Assembly: GCA_947589005.1 (NCBI GenBank)
Contig: CANPZO010000007.1
Coordinates: forward strand, 1,125-65,124
Length of the DNA stretch: 64,000 nucleotides
Source of the DNA: an uncultured Clostridia bacterium
GTDB lineage: Bacteria > Bacillota > Clostridia > UMGS1883
Direction of reading: 5' to 3'
Position numbers and translations under genes: made by a program. Below are positions 36,569-54,919 of the stretch, piece by piece (the stretch's first letter is position 1; each line of letters starts with the position of its first letter). Under the pieces are notes generated by a model, which had not been told where the DNA came from, did no database searches, and worked only from the letters and a program-made list of their open reading frames with translations.

Positions 36569-37782
36569 AAAAGCTTTACCTTGACTGCGGCATGGGCGCG
36601 GCGGGAGATATGCTCACCGCCGCTCTGCTTGAGCTCCACCCTGACCCCGACGGCTTTGTGGAGCGGTTGAACGGCATCGGCATATCCGGGGTGGAGATCA
36701 GGCGTAATACCCTCACCCGCTGCGGAATTCGCGGCGCCGGTATGAGCGTCCTTGTGAACGGCGTGGAGGAGGACGAAATTCATGAGCACGGCCATGACCA
36801 TGAGCATGACCACGAGCATGAGCACGAGCATCATCATCACCACCGTCACACCGGTATGGACGAAATAAACAAAATAATAGACGGTTTAAAGGTCTCGGAT
36901 AAGGTGAAGTCCGACATAAGGGCGGTCTACGGCCTTATCGCCGCCGCCGAGAGCGAGGCCCACGGTCGCCCCGTGGAGGAGATACACTTCCACGAGGTGG
37001 GTTCCATGGACGCGATCGCCGACATCGCCGCCGTGAGTATGCTCATTGAGGAGCTGGCCCCTGATCGGGTCGAGGCTTCGCCGGTTCATGTGGGCAGCGG
37101 CATGGTTCGGTGCGCCCACGGGATTTTGCCCGTGCCCGCGCCGGCCACGGCTCACATACTTCGGGGCGTGCCGACCTATGGCGGCGAGGTCAGGGGAGAG
37201 CTTTGCACCCCAACCGGAGCGGCACTGCTCAGGCATTTTGCCGACGGGTTTGCCGCCTCGTCAGCCATAAGCGCGGAGAAAATCGGCTACGGCTTCGGCA
37301 AGCGGCAGTTTTTCGCCTCCGACGGCACGGAAATTTTATCCGCAGTCAGGGCAATGCTTGGTGAGGACGGCGCTCGGGACGAGGTGGTTATCCTGTCCTG
37401 CAACATAGACGATATGACCGGCGAGGAGCTCGGCTTTGCCGCCGAGCGGCTCATGGCCGCGGGAGCCAGGGACGTTTTTACCGCGCCGGTTTATATGAAA
37501 AAGGGCCGCCCCGGTGTGCTGCTGACCGTCATTTGCGACAGCGGGACAAAGGATGTCCTTGTCCGGCAGATATTCAGGCACACCGCCACCGTGGGCATCC
37601 GCGAGCAGACCGCCCGCCGTTATATCCTTGACCGCACGGTGGAGGTGCGCCGCACGCCCGACGGCGACGTCAGGGTGAAGAAGTCAACCGGCTACGGAGT
37701 GAGGCGTGAAAAGCCCGAGTTCGAGGACCTGAAGCGAATTGCCCTCGAAAAGGATAAATCAATTGGTGAAATAGACGTGTAA
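36565..37782 (+). CDS. larC: Nickel pincer cofactor biosynthesis protein LarC
   Basis: GAAGDML.AALL, His-rich tract, HFHEVG..DAI.DI, CAHG.LPVPAPAT, MKKGRPG. Confidence 0.95.
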   Translation: MKKLYLDCGMGAAGDMLTAALLELHPDPDGFVERLNGIGISGVEIRRNTLTRCGIRGAGMSVLVNGVEEDEIHEHGHDHEHDHEHEHEHHHHHRHTGMDEINKIIDGLKVSDKVKSDIRAVYGLIAAAESEAHGRPVEEIHFHEVGSMDAIADIAAVSMLIEELAPDRVEASPVHVGSGMVRCAHGILPVPAPATAHILRGVPTYGGEVRGELCTPTGAALLRHFADGFAASSAISAEKIGYGFGKRQFFASDGTEILSAVRAMLGEDGARDEVVILSCNIDDMTGEELGFAAERLMAAGARDVFTAPVYMKKGRPGVLLTVICDSGTKDVLVRQIFRHTATVGIREQTARRYILDRTVEVRRTPDGDVRVKKSTGYGVRREKPEFEDLKRIALEKDKSIGEIDV

Positions 37783-37783
37783 G

Positions 37784-38387
37784 GGGGCTGTAAAAAAATG
37801 GCGCAGACCGGCGTCGTCACAAGCTCGGTATCGCATATTTCGATTAAAAAATCGAAATACGGCTTACCTCGCTGTGACTCCTTTTCCCCACAAAATCGGC
37901 TTCGCCGTTTTGCGGGGACCCCATTTTGGCAGGAAGCCTTTATTTAAGGCAAATGTGAGCGTTATATAATTGTTCGGCAAAAATAAAGTAATTAATGAAG
38001 AAAATTCGCCCTTACGAGCGAATTTTCTCATTTTATGCCCTTGAACTACGAACGAAAATCACCCTCGGCGGCGTCGGGGCAAAGCCAGTCTCCGTTCCGA
38101 CATTTCCTGCGGAAAAGTCGTCGCTCGAAGGCTTGCCCCTCCTTTTTCGCAAAAGGTCACGTTCGCGTCGCCTGCTTCGGGCCTAAAACGGCCCTCGCGA
38201 CGGCTTTGGCTCACTACCAACCTTTTGCGAGATGTGCTGGCAGTGCAACCCACACAAACAACGAAGTTGTTTGTGTGGAAGAGGAGGAGCAACTGAGCGA
38301 GCCAAACGTTGATTTTTGAAAAAAGTCAACGCGAGCGAAGCGATGTTTGCGACGACGACGTTCTGCACGATTTTTTTTGACAGCCCC
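37784..38387. mobile_element. ~600-bp non-autonomous MITE-like element
   Basis: Imperfect ~40-bp terminal inverted repeats GGGGCTGT(A/C)AAAAAAAT.G.GCAGA..G.CGTCGTC; no transposase. Related ends at about 21294, 26058 and 44583. Confidence 0.7.
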
Positions 38388-38427
38388 GTGCCTCCAGATT
38401 ACATAGTGAGTTCTTTTACAACCCCAC

Positions 38428-38982
38428 TTATATACCTTTCACTATAACGGCCGAAATCGGCACGTCGCCGGTACGGTTATAAAACCGCGTCAGCAGCACG
38501 GTGTACCTGCTCGGGTCCAGTCCGGCCAGATATTCTAACAGAACGTCGCGCTCCTCACAGCCGTTGACGCCTCCGTAGTAAATGGACAGGGAAATCTTCC
38601 CGCCGTCTTTAAGCAGCCCCAGCCCCGCCTCGATTGCCGCGACGGTGCTGTCCGGACGGGTGAAAACGGCGTGGTCTCCGCCGGGGAGCCAGCCCAGGTT
38701 GAACACGATAAGGTCCACCGTCCCCGGACGGGCGTATTCGGCCATATTGGCGTGGCTGTCGAGAATGACCGTGCCGTTTTCAAGCCCCCGCTCCGCCAGC
38801 CTGCGCCGGGTGTTTTCCACGGCCCGGGGCTGAATGTCAAAGGCTATGACACGGCCCTCCGGCCCGACCAGCCCGCATAAGGCGGCGGTATCGTGACCGT
38901 TGCCGGCGGTGGCGTCTATGCACAGGCCGCCCGCCGGCACGGACTCACGGAAGAGCTTTTCATTGAGAGAAAGAGTGTTCAT
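38428..38982 (-). CDS. Class I SAM-dependent methyltransferase (YtqB/MnmM-like)
   Basis: IDATAGNGHDT, FDIQ, FNLGWLPGGD. Confidence 0.9.
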   Translation of the reverse strand: MNTLSLNEKLFRESVPAGGLCIDATAGNGHDTAALCGLVGPEGRVIAFDIQPRAVENTRRRLAERGLENGTVILDSHANMAEYARPGTVDLIVFNLGWLPGGDHAVFTRPDSTVAAIEAGLGLLKDGGKISLSIYYGGVNGCEERDVLLEYLAGLDPSRYTVLLTRFYNRTGDVPISAVIVKGI

Positions 38983-40650
38983 TTACTTCGCGGCCTTTTC
39001 AAGCCTGTTAATAGCACTGATGAGGGCGTAAACGGAGGAGGTCATGATGTCGGTGTTCCTGCCCGCGCCCCAGGAGGAGGTCTTGCCGTCGCTTATCTCT
39101 ATGTAGGAGATGGCCCGGCTCTTGCTGCCCTTTTCAAGAGCGTGCTCCTTGTAGGTGGAAACGGAAAATCCGGGGTGGAACCTGTCGCACAGGGCGTTGC
39201 ACACCGCGTCCAGACGGCCGTTGCCGTGACCGGCAAGCACAAGGGTCTCGCCGTTCATCTCAATCGTCACCTCGGCCTCGATGCCGTTGCGCTGAACATA
39301 ATGGCACTCCAAAAGCTTCATGGGCTCGGACACGTTGATAAAGTCGTCCATGAAAATGTTAAGCACCTCTTCGGGAGACAGCTCCTTGTGCAGATGGTCG
39401 GAAACGGACTTGACCGCGTAGCCGAACACCTCTCTCATCTTCGGGGGCAAATCGTAGCCGAACTGCTTTTCCATCAAATAGCCTATGCCGCCCTTTCCGC
39501 TCTGACTGTTGATGCGTATAACGTCGCTTTCGTACTCGCGTCCCACGTCGTGGGGGTCGATGGGCAGATAGGGTACCGACCAGGTGTCCAGATGCTTTTC
39601 CTCCCGCCAGTTCATGCCCTTTGCAATGGCGTCCTGATGGGAGCCGCTGAAGGCAGCGAACACCAGCCGGCCGGCGTAAGGTGTCCGTTCGCCGACGGTC
39701 ATACCGGTAAGGCGCTCGTAGGCGGCGACTATGAAGGGCAGATTTTCCAGATTGAGCCCTGGGTCTACCCCGTGGCTGAACATATTCAGGGCCAGGGTAA
39801 CTATGTCCACGTTGCCGGTGCGCTCGCCGTTGCCGAAGAGGGTGCCCTCGATGCGGTCGCCGCCGGCCAACAGGCCCAGCTCGCTGTCCGCAACGCCGCA
39901 GCCCCGGTCATTGTGGGGGTGCAGGGACAGCACTATGCTGTCGCGGCGGTTCATATGGTCGCTCATGTACTCTATCTGACTGGCGTAAACGTGGGGGAGA
40001 GACATCTCCACGGTGACGGGCAGATTGATGATTACCTTGCGGTCGGGGGTAGGCTCCCACACGTCGATAACGGCGTTGCAGACCTCGAGGGCGTACTCGG
40101 GCTCGGTGCCGGTGAAGCTTTCGGGGGAGTACTCAAAGCGGAAATCCCCCTCCATTTCGGCGGCTATATCCTTCAGCAGCTTGGCGCCGGAAACGGCGAT
40201 TTCGGTTATCTCGTCCTTGCTGCGCTTGAATACCTGCTCCCGCTGAGCCACGCTGGTGGAGTTGTAAAGGTGGACGATGACAGGGGTCTTGCAGCCCTTA
40301 AGGGACTCGAAGGTCTTTCTGATGATGTGCTCTCTCGACTGGGTCAGCACCTGAATGGTCACGTCCTCGGGAATGAGGTTTTTCTCGATAAGCGTGCGGA
40401 CAAATTCGTACTCCGTTTCGCTGGCGGCGGGGAAGCCCACCTCGATTTCCTTAAAGCCCACCTCGACCAGAAGCTGGAAAAACTCCAGCTTTTCCTCAAG
40501 GCTCATGGGCACAACAAGGGCCTGGTTGCCGTCGCGCAAGTCCACGCTGCACCATATGGGCGCGTGGTCGATGTACTCCTTTTTCGCCCATTTCAATTCG
40601 TTGACAGGAGGCATAAAGTAGCCCCTTTGATACTTCCGGTAATTTTTCAT
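38983..40650 (-). CDS. leuA: 2-isopropylmalate synthase
   Basis: WCSVDLRDGNQAL, HPHNDRG, GNGERTGNVD; Leu T-box upstream. Confidence 0.96.
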   Translation of the reverse strand: MKNYRKYQRGYFMPPVNELKWAKKEYIDHAPIWCSVDLRDGNQALVVPMSLEEKLEFFQLLVEVGFKEIEVGFPAASETEYEFVRTLIEKNLIPEDVTIQVLTQSREHIIRKTFESLKGCKTPVIVHLYNSTSVAQREQVFKRSKDEITEIAVSGAKLLKDIAAEMEGDFRFEYSPESFTGTEPEYALEVCNAVIDVWEPTPDRKVIINLPVTVEMSLPHVYASQIEYMSDHMNRRDSIVLSLHPHNDRGCGVADSELGLLAGGDRIEGTLFGNGERTGNVDIVTLALNMFSHGVDPGLNLENLPFIVAAYERLTGMTVGERTPYAGRLVFAAFSGSHQDAIAKGMNWREEKHLDTWSVPYLPIDPHDVGREYESDVIRINSQSGKGGIGYLMEKQFGYDLPPKMREVFGYAVKSVSDHLHKELSPEEVLNIFMDDFINVSEPMKLLECHYVQRNGIEAEVTIEMNGETLVLAGHGNGRLDAVCNALCDRFHPGFSVSTYKEHALEKGSKSRAISYIEISDGKTSSWGAGRNTDIMTSSVYALISAINRLEKAAK

Positions 40651-40669
40651 AACCGTCGCTCCTTTCAAA

Positions 40670-40945
40670 AATGATTTCACAAATAAAGGCTCCGTCTCAA
40701 CATAGAGACGAAGCCGACTGCTCCGCGGTACCACTCTATTTCGCCCAAAGGCGCGCTTTACGGATACTTACATATCCTGCCGCTGTAACGGTCGGCCTCC
40801 GTCTTGACCTATGACCCGGCGAGCCGGGGTTAAGCAAGCGACTCCAAGGCGAGTTCGGACCTTTTCCGCCGCCGGCTCACACCGCCCGCCGGCTCTCTGA
40901 AGGCTTCCCTGGTCTTACTACTCCTTTTCACAGTCTTTGATTTAT
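40670..40945 (-). promoter_or_regulatory. T-box riboswitch with Leu (CUC) specifier
   Basis: Minus strand: AATAGAGTGGTACCGCG T-box, GAA-CTC specifier at 40851-40853, terminator before leuA; TTGCAT-N17-TATAAT promoter upstream. Confidence 0.9.
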
Positions 40946-41033
40946 TTGTGATACCATTATAACACGGAAATTAAAAAATGCAAGAGTTTTTTTGAAAATT
41001 TTCAAATTTTTCAAAAAAATTTTTAAAAAACAC

Positions 41034-41062
41034 TTGACAAATGAAAAAAGCTGTGCTATACT
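41034..41062 (+). promoter_or_regulatory. sigmaA promoter of the ctsR operon
   Basis: TTGACA-N17-TATACT. Confidence 0.85.
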
Positions 41063-41072
41063 CATATCGAAA

Positions 41073-41101
41073 GGTCAAAGAAAGTCAAAGTCAAAATCAA
41101 A
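41073..41101 (+). promoter_or_regulatory. CtsR operator
   Basis: GGTCAAA-GAA-AGTCAAA plus further partial heptads. Confidence 0.9.
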
Positions 41102-41136
41102 CCTTTTGTAAATTACGGGAAAGGACTGGTAGGAAA

Positions 41137-41586
41137 ATGAAGAGCAGTATGTCGGATATGATCGAGCAGATGCTTATCGAGCTCTTGGCCGAGGGTGACG
41201 GCATAGCTCAGATACAGCGCAACATTCTGGCCGATCAGCTGAATTGTGTACCCAGCCAGATAAACTACGTTATCCATACCCGTTTCACGCCTGAGAGGGG
41301 CTATATGATAGAGAGCAGGCGGGGCGGCGGCGGAAGCGTAAAAATCTCCCGCGTTACACCCAGCGGCAGCTACCTGATGCACGTGCTCAACTCCGTGGGC
41401 GGCAGCCTGGATTATGACACGGCAAGGATTTTCACCCAAAATCTCCTGGACTATGAATTTATCTCACCCCGGGAGGCAAAACTTATTTTGGGCGCCCTCA
41501 GAGACAGCGCCCTCCCCGTGCAGAGCACGGTCAAAAATACGCTGAGGGCCAGCATATTTAAGAATATGCTGCTGGCGCTGCAATAA
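41137..41586 (+). CDS. ctsR: Class III stress repressor CtsR
   Basis: CVPSQINYVI.TRF; ESRRGGGG. Confidence 0.95.
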   Translation: MKSSMSDMIEQMLIELLAEGDGIAQIQRNILADQLNCVPSQINYVIHTRFTPERGYMIESRRGGGGSVKISRVTPSGSYLMHVLNSVGGSLDYDTARIFTQNLLDYEFISPREAKLILGALRDSALPVQSTVKNTLRASIFKNMLLALQ

Positions 41587-41611
41587 ATTATATTATATGG
41601 AGGTAATAACT

Positions 41612-42091
41612 ATGAAATGCCAAAAATGCAATAAAAACGAAGCCAATGTTCAGTACAGGGAGTCCATCAACGGTCAGACCCGCGAAATCTGCCTTTGCAG
41701 CCAGTGCGCTAAGGAGAGCGGCCTGCTTAACCACACTTCCGAAATGTTCCGCAATATGGAACGTGAAATGATGAGCGCCTTCACCTTCCCCTTCGGCGGG
41801 AGCATAGGCGCGTCCCTTTTCGGCGGCACGCCCCTCAGCCTGTCACTTTTGGGCGGCGAAAGCCCCTTCGCTCCCGCGCCGGAGCTGGGCGGCTTCTTTG
41901 AAAACGACCCCGTCGAGGGCATGGAGACCGTGGAGCCCGAGAAAAAGACGGACAAAAAGCCGGCCAAAGCCGAAAAGAAGCCCGATACCGTTGACGAGCT
42001 CAAGGCCCAGCTTCTGGACGCCATCGGCGACGAACGCTACGAGGAGGCCGCCAAGCTCCGTGACAGGATAAAAAAGCTTAAAGGAGAGTGA
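41612..42091 (+). CDS. mcsA: McsA-like protein (N-terminal CxxC pair plus UVR domain)
   Basis: CQKC...CSQC and ERYEEAAKLRDRI; central Cys motifs missing. Confidence 0.75.
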   Translation: MKCQKCNKNEANVQYRESINGQTREICLCSQCAKESGLLNHTSEMFRNMEREMMSAFTFPFGGSIGASLFGGTPLSLSLLGGESPFAPAPELGGFFENDPVEGMETVEPEKKTDKKPAKAEKKPDTVDELKAQLLDAIGDERYEEAAKLRDRIKKLKGE

Positions 42092-42097
42092 TTTCCC

Positions 42098-44539
42098 ATG
42101 ATGGAGAACGGATATAACTTTACCGAAAAGGCCCAGACCGCCATTTCTCTCGCCCAGTCCGAGGCGGAGAAGATGGGGGCGGGCTACGTGGGCACCGAGC
42201 ATTTGCTCTGCGGCCTTATAATGGAGGGCAGCGGCCTTACTCAGCAGTTCTTCCGCAAGTGGGGCGTTACCCTCGAGGCGGTGGAGCACCGCATCGAGCA
42301 GTACGGCTCCACCTATTACAGCCAGAACCGCTTCGCCGGCTTTACGCCCAGAACCAAGCAGTGCTTGCAGCTCAGCGCGGACATAGCCTACAGCTTCCGC
42401 TCAAGGCTCATCGGAACCGAGCACATACTCCTTGCCCTCGCCAAAAACAGCGACTGCTCGGCCAACCGCATACTCCGTTCGCTGGGCGTCAACGCCGAAA
42501 AGATGGGCCAGATGGAGGAGGATATCGCCCGGGCCTACCGCAGCGTCCGTGGTCAGGAGGGCGGCGAAAAGAGCAAGACCCCCACGCTGGATAAATTCGG
42601 ACGGGATTTGACCGCCATGGCCCGTGAAAGCAAGTTCGACCCCGTAATCGGCCGTGAGCAGGAGATAGCCCGTGTGACCCAGATACTTTCCCGCCGCACC
42701 AAGAACAACCCCGTCCTTCTGGGCGAGCCCGGCGTGGGCAAAACCGCCGTCGTGGAGGGTCTCGCCCAGGAGATAGCCGCGGGCAACGTACCGGAGCTGC
42801 TCCGTGACAAGAGGATAGTTTCTCTTGACATGGGCGGTCTTTTGGCCGGCAGCAAGTACCGCGGCGAGTTTGAGGAGCGCCTTGAAAAGGCCATGGAAGA
42901 GGTCGTCAAGAGCGGAAACGTCATTCTCTTCATCGACGAGCTCCACACCATCATCGGCGCGGGAGCCGCCGAGGGCGCCGTGGACGCCGCCAATATACTT
43001 AAGCCTAATCTGGCCCGCGGCGAAATGCAGATAATCGGCGCAACCACCCTTAACGAATACCGTAAATACATCGAAAAGGACGCGGCCCTCGAGCGCCGTT
43101 TCCAGCCCGTGACCGTGGGCGAGCCCTCCCAGGAGGACACCGAGAGTATTCTCCGGGGCATCCGCGAGAAGTACGAGGCCCATCACGGCGTAAAGATAAC
43201 CGACGAGGCGATTTCCGCCGCCGTAAAGCTCAGCGGCCGCTATATCACCGACCGCTTTATGCCCGACAAGGCCATCGACCTCATCGACGAGGCTTGCAGC
43301 CGCGCAAGGCTGGGCTCTCTCACCATGCCCGAGGAGCTTAAGGAGCTGGAGTCGAGAGTTTCCGCCGCCGCCGCCGAAAAGGATATAGCCATAAACAATC
43401 AGGAGTTTGAGCGGGCCGCCGCCCTCCGTGACGCGGAGCGGGCGCTACGGGCCGAGCTTGAGGACAAAAAGGACGACTGGAAGCAGTCGAGCGACGGCAA
43501 GACCCTCTCTATAGGCCGGGCCGAGATAGAGGACATAATTTCTCAGTGGACCGGTATCCCCGTCAAAAAACTGGCGGAGGAGGAGAGCGAGCGTCTGCGC
43601 AACTTGGAGGAAGTTCTCCACAAGCGCGTGGTCGGTCAGGACGAGGCTGTCGTGGCCGTGTCCAAGGCCGTGCGCCGCGGCCGCGTGGGTCTCAAGGACC
43701 CCAAGCGTCCCATCGGCTCCTTCATTTTCCTCGGACCCACCGGCGTGGGCAAGACCGAGCTGTGCAAGGCTCTGGCCGAGGCTCTGTTCGGTGACGAAAA
43801 CGCCATGATACGTGTAGATATGAGCGAATACATGGAGAAGCACTCCGTGTCCAAGCTCATCGGTTCGCCTCCGGGCTATGTGGGCTTCGAGGAGGGCGGC
43901 CAGCTCACCGAGCAGATACGCCGCAAGCCCTACAGCGTTGTGCTCTTTGACGAGATAGAAAAGGCGCACCCCGATGTGTTCAACATGATGCTTCAGATTT
44001 TGGACGACGGCCGCCTGACCGACAGCCAGGGCCGGAGGGTGGACTTCAAGAATACCGTCATCATCATGACCAGCAACCTTGGCGGCCGCAATATCACCGA
44101 GCCAAAGAGCCTTGGCTTCAACACCGGCGAAAGTCGGGCCGACGTGGATAAGGATATAAAGAAGAGCGTCATGGACGAGCTTAAAAAGGCTTTCCGTCCG
44201 GAGTTTTTGAACCGTGTGGACGACATAATCGTGTTCAACCGCCTCACCGACGGGGACATCAAGAAGATAGCCTCCATTATGCTGGAAAGCTTTAACAAGC
44301 GGCTTGCCTCCAACGGCATCACCTGCACCTTTGAGGACAGTGCTCTGGAGCTTTTGGCCAAGGAGGGCTTCGATCCCGTATACGGCGCGCGGCCTCTGCG
44401 CAGGGCTATTCAGAGCCGGGTGGAGGACGTGTTCGCCGAGGAAATGCTGGACGGCAAGGTTAAGCCCGGCGACCGTGTGACGGTTTCCGCCGAGGACGGG
44501 CAGATAAAGATTAAGGCGGCCGAGCCGGTAACGGCGTAA
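42098..44539 (+). CDS. clpC: ATP-dependent Clp protease ATPase ClpC
   Basis: ClpN repeats, two AAA+ domains ([16 protein letters not shown]), UVR. Confidence 0.96.
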   Translation: MMENGYNFTEKAQTAISLAQSEAEKMGAGYVGTEHLLCGLIMEGSGLTQQFFRKWGVTLEAVEHRIEQYGSTYYSQNRFAGFTPRTKQCLQLSADIAYSFRSRLIGTEHILLALAKNSDCSANRILRSLGVNAEKMGQMEEDIARAYRSVRGQEGGEKSKTPTLDKFGRDLTAMARESKFDPVIGREQEIARVTQILSRRTKNNPVLLGEPGVGKTAVVEGLAQEIAAGNVPELLRDKRIVSLDMGGLLAGSKYRGEFEERLEKAMEEVVKSGNVILFIDELHTIIGAGAAEGAVDAANILKPNLARGEMQIIGATTLNEYRKYIEKDAALERRFQPVTVGEPSQEDTESILRGIREKYEAHHGVKITDEAISAAVKLSGRYITDRFMPDKAIDLIDEACSRARLGSLTMPEELKELESRVSAAAAEKDIAINNQEFERAAALRDAERALRAELEDKKDDWKQSSDGKTLSIGRAEIEDIISQWTGIPVKKLAEEESERLRNLEEVLHKRVVGQDEAVVAVSKAVRRGRVGLKDPKRPIGSFIFLGPTGVGKTELCKALAEALFGDENAMIRVDMSEYMEKHSVSKLIGSPPGYVGFEEGGQLTEQIRRKPYSVVLFDEIEKAHPDVFNMMLQILDDGRLTDSQGRRVDFKNTVIIMTSNLGGRNITEPKSLGFNTGESRADVDKDIKKSVMDELKKAFRPEFLNRVDDIIVFNRLTDGDIKKIASIMLESFNKRLASNGITCTFEDSALELLAKEGFDPVYGARPLRRAIQSRVEDVFAEEMLDGKVKPGDRVTVSAEDGQIKIKAAEPVTA

Positions 44540-44582
44540 GGGGAGACTGTAAAAAAATAGCGCCATGTAATCTGGATACATG

Positions 44583-44740
44583 AGGGCTGTCCAAAAAAAT
44601 CGCATAAACCGACGTCGTCGCAAGCCTCGCTTAGCTTGCGGCGACTTTTTTAAATTTTTTCGGCGGGCTGAAGGCAGCCCGCCCTACGCTACTTTGTTAA
44701 GGTAGTGTAAGGCGGCTTGCCCTCAAGCCGCCGAAAAATT
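44583..44740. repeat. Composite intergenic repeat (MITE end plus REP pair)
   Basis: GGGCTGTCCAAAAAAATCGC end; REP copies at 44662 and 44707. Confidence 0.7.
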
Positions 44741-45023
44741 AATTCAAAAATTTTCCCCTTATACCCCTTGACAAAGCTTGACTTTTGTGATAAATTAATA
44801 TACTGCCCTATACTGAGGCATTATGCCCAAAAGGGCAAAAAATACAGGCGCAACAGTTGATATATTTTGTGTTTTCTCCACATTCTATGGGGAAACGCGG
44901 CATGTGGGAACAATTCTATCCCCGGTGCCGTTCGGGTACATTCTATGCTCGGGCGGCAGGTAGCTTGACCGTTGCTCGTCACAAACAGGCAATGAAATTA
45001 TTGAATTTGATGAGGTGATTTTA

Positions 45024-48800
<3,777 letters not shown>

Positions 48801-48817
48801 AGGGAGGAATTGAAATT

Positions 48818-52732
<3,915 letters not shown>

Positions 52733-52800
52733 ACCTTGTTCGCCCCGGCTGACTGTAAAAGCGGACGGGATCGAAATGAGGAAAATCGTAAATTAATGAG

Positions 52801-52826
52801 AAATCCGCCCTCAAGGGGGCGGATTT
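52801..52826. terminator. Bidirectional terminator between rpoC and nth
   Basis: AAATCCGCCC...GGGCGGATTT. Confidence 0.7.
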
Positions 52827-52875
52827 CCTTCGTTTATTATCCTTTGGTCAATTATCCCGCGGGGCGGCTTGACCG

Positions 52876-53508
52876 CTATTTAGTTTTTAGCGTGCCGCAT
52901 ATCGCGCAGGCCGGACAGATTTCGCATTTGGGCCTTCTCGCGTCGCAGACGTCCCGGCCGAACAATACCAGCCTGTGGCAGAAGTCCGACTGCTTTTCCC
53001 GGGAAATAAGGGGCGAAACGTCAAATTCCACCTTTGTGGGGTCGGTCTCCTTTGTGAGGCCGACTCTTTTTAATATCCGCTTGGCGTGGGTGTCTATGAC
53101 CATGCCTCCCTTGTGGAACACGTCGCCCAAAATCAGATTGGCGGTCTTGCGGCCAACTCCCGGGAGGCTCAAAAGGTCCTCCATGGTGTCGGGCACCCGA
53201 CCGCCGTAGACGTCAATGAGCCTCCGGCAGCAGCCGATGATGTTCTTCGCCTTATTGTGGTAAAAGCCCGTGGACTTTATGTCCTGCTCAAGCTCGCTCA
53301 GCTCCGCTCCCGCAAAGGCGTAAACATCGGGATATTTTTTGAAAAGCGTTTTTGTGACTATATTCACCCGCGCGTCCGTACACTGGGCCGCCAGCTGTAC
53401 CGAGATGAGCAGCTGCAAAGGATTTTCACACTCCAGCGAGCAGACCGCGTCGGGATAGGCCGTCTCCATTATTTCGACAAATTTATCGGCAAGTTCCTGT
53501 CTTTCCAT
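52876..53508 (-). CDS. nth: Endonuclease III
   Basis: AQCTDARVN, LPGVGRKTAN, C-x6-C-x2-C-x5-C. Confidence 0.95.
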   Translation of the reverse strand: MERQELADKFVEIMETAYPDAVCSLECENPLQLLISVQLAAQCTDARVNIVTKTLFKKYPDVYAFAGAELSELEQDIKSTGFYHNKAKNIIGCCRRLIDVYGGRVPDTMEDLLSLPGVGRKTANLILGDVFHKGGMVIDTHAKRILKRVGLTKETDPTKVEFDVSPLISREKQSDFCHRLVLFGRDVCDARRPKCEICPACAICGTLKTK

Positions 53509-53680
53509 ATAATTCCCCTCGGTTCGTCATTTTATATCTTCTTTCATGATTATAAGTCAAAATTCCTTTCGTGTCAAGACAAAAAAATTCAAAAAATTCA
53601 CACAAAATACTTGTAAATATGATAAAAAAATATTATAATAAGACTGAATGTGTTTCCAAATTTTATTCGGAGGTAAGACT

Positions 53681-54919
53681 ATGTATAACATTGACAAGGT
53701 AAAAGCCTTTGATCCCGAGGTGGCCGCGGCCATAGAAGCCGAGGTTAACCGCCAACGCTCCAAGATCGAGCTTATCGCCAGTGAAAACTTTGTCAGCGAG
53801 GCCGTTATGGAGGCCATAGGCACCCCCCTTACAAATAAGTACGCCGAGGGTTATCCCGGCAAACGCTACTACGGAGGCTGCGAGTTTGTTGACGTGGTGG
53901 AAAATCTGGCCATTGAAAGAGCCAAGGAGCTTTTCGGGGCCGAGGCGGCCAATGTTCAGCCCCACAGCGGCGCTCAGGCGAATATGGCGGTGTTCTTTGC
54001 CTGCCTTGAGCCGGGCGACACGGTGCTGTCCATGAGCCTTGCCCACGGTGGACACCTTTCCCACGGCAGCCCGGTGAATATGAGCGGAAAATACTTCAAT
54101 ATAGTTCCCTACGGCGTTACCGAGGACACCCAGACCATCGACTATGACGAGATACGCCGCCTCGCGCTGGAGTGCAGGCCCAAGCTTATTTTGGCGGGGG
54201 CTTCCGCTTATCCGAGAGAGATAGATTTTGCCCGCTTCGCGGACATAGCCAAGGAAGTGGGCGCGTACTTCCTTGTTGACATGGCGCATATAGCCGGCCT
54301 TGTGGCCGCGGGCCTTCACCCCAATCCCGTGCCCTTTGCCGACTTTGTCACCACCACCACCCACAAGACCCTTCGGGGGCCGAGGGGCGGACTTATCCTC
54401 TGCAAGGAGGAGCACCTCAAGATGATAAACAAGGCCATATTCCCCGGCATACAGGGCGGCCCCCTCATGCACACCATCGCCGCCAAGGCCGTGTGCCTGA
54501 AAGAGGCTCTGTCTCCCGAATTCAGGGAATATCAGCTTCAAATAAAGAAAAACGCCGCGGCTCTGGCCGGCGCTCTCACGGAAAGGGGCTTCAGCCTGGT
54601 AAGCGGCGGCACCGACAACCACCTCATGCTCGTTGACCTGCGCGACAAGGGCGTTACCGGCAAGGACGCCGAACGTCTCCTTGACGAGGTGGGCATTACT
54701 GTGAACAAAAACGCCATACCCTTCGACCCCCAGAGCCCCTTCATCACCAGCGGCATACGTATCGGCACTCCCGCCGTTACCACTCGGGGCATGAAGGAGG
54801 AGGACATGGCCGAGATAGCCGAGCTTATACGCCTCACTCTCACCGAGCTTGAGGGCAGACGCGGCGAGATAGTCGGCCGCGTGGCGGCTCTGTGCCAAAA
54901 GTATCCCCTTTACCGGTGA
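53681..54919 (+). CDS. glyA: Serine hydroxymethyltransferase
   Basis: [28 protein letters not shown]. Confidence 0.98.
   Translation: MYNIDKVKAFDPEVAAAIEAEVNRQRSKIELIASENFVSEAVMEAIGTPLTNKYAEGYPGKRYYGGCEFVDVVENLAIERAKELFGAEAANVQPHSGAQANMAVFFACLEPGDTVLSMSLAHGGHLSHGSPVNMSGKYFNIVPYGVTEDTQTIDYDEIRRLALECRPKLILAGASAYPREIDFARFADIAKEVGAYFLVDMAHIAGLVAAGLHPNPVPFADFVTTTTHKTLRGPRGGLILCKEEHLKMINKAIFPGIQGGPLMHTIAAKAVCLKEALSPEFREYQLQIKKNAAALAGALTERGFSLVSGGTDNHLMLVDLRDKGVTGKDAERLLDEVGITVNKNAIPFDPQSPFITSGIRIGTPAVTTRGMKEEDMAEIAELIRLTLTELEGRRGEIVGRVAALCQKYPLYR

Noticed and set aside
36780-36850. CATGAG/CACGAG tandem repeat as a contingency locus
   Set aside because: It encodes the normal His-rich nickel-binding tract of LarC
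37995-38368. Short ORFs inside the MITE as transposase remnants
   Set aside because: No DDE or HUH motifs recognisable
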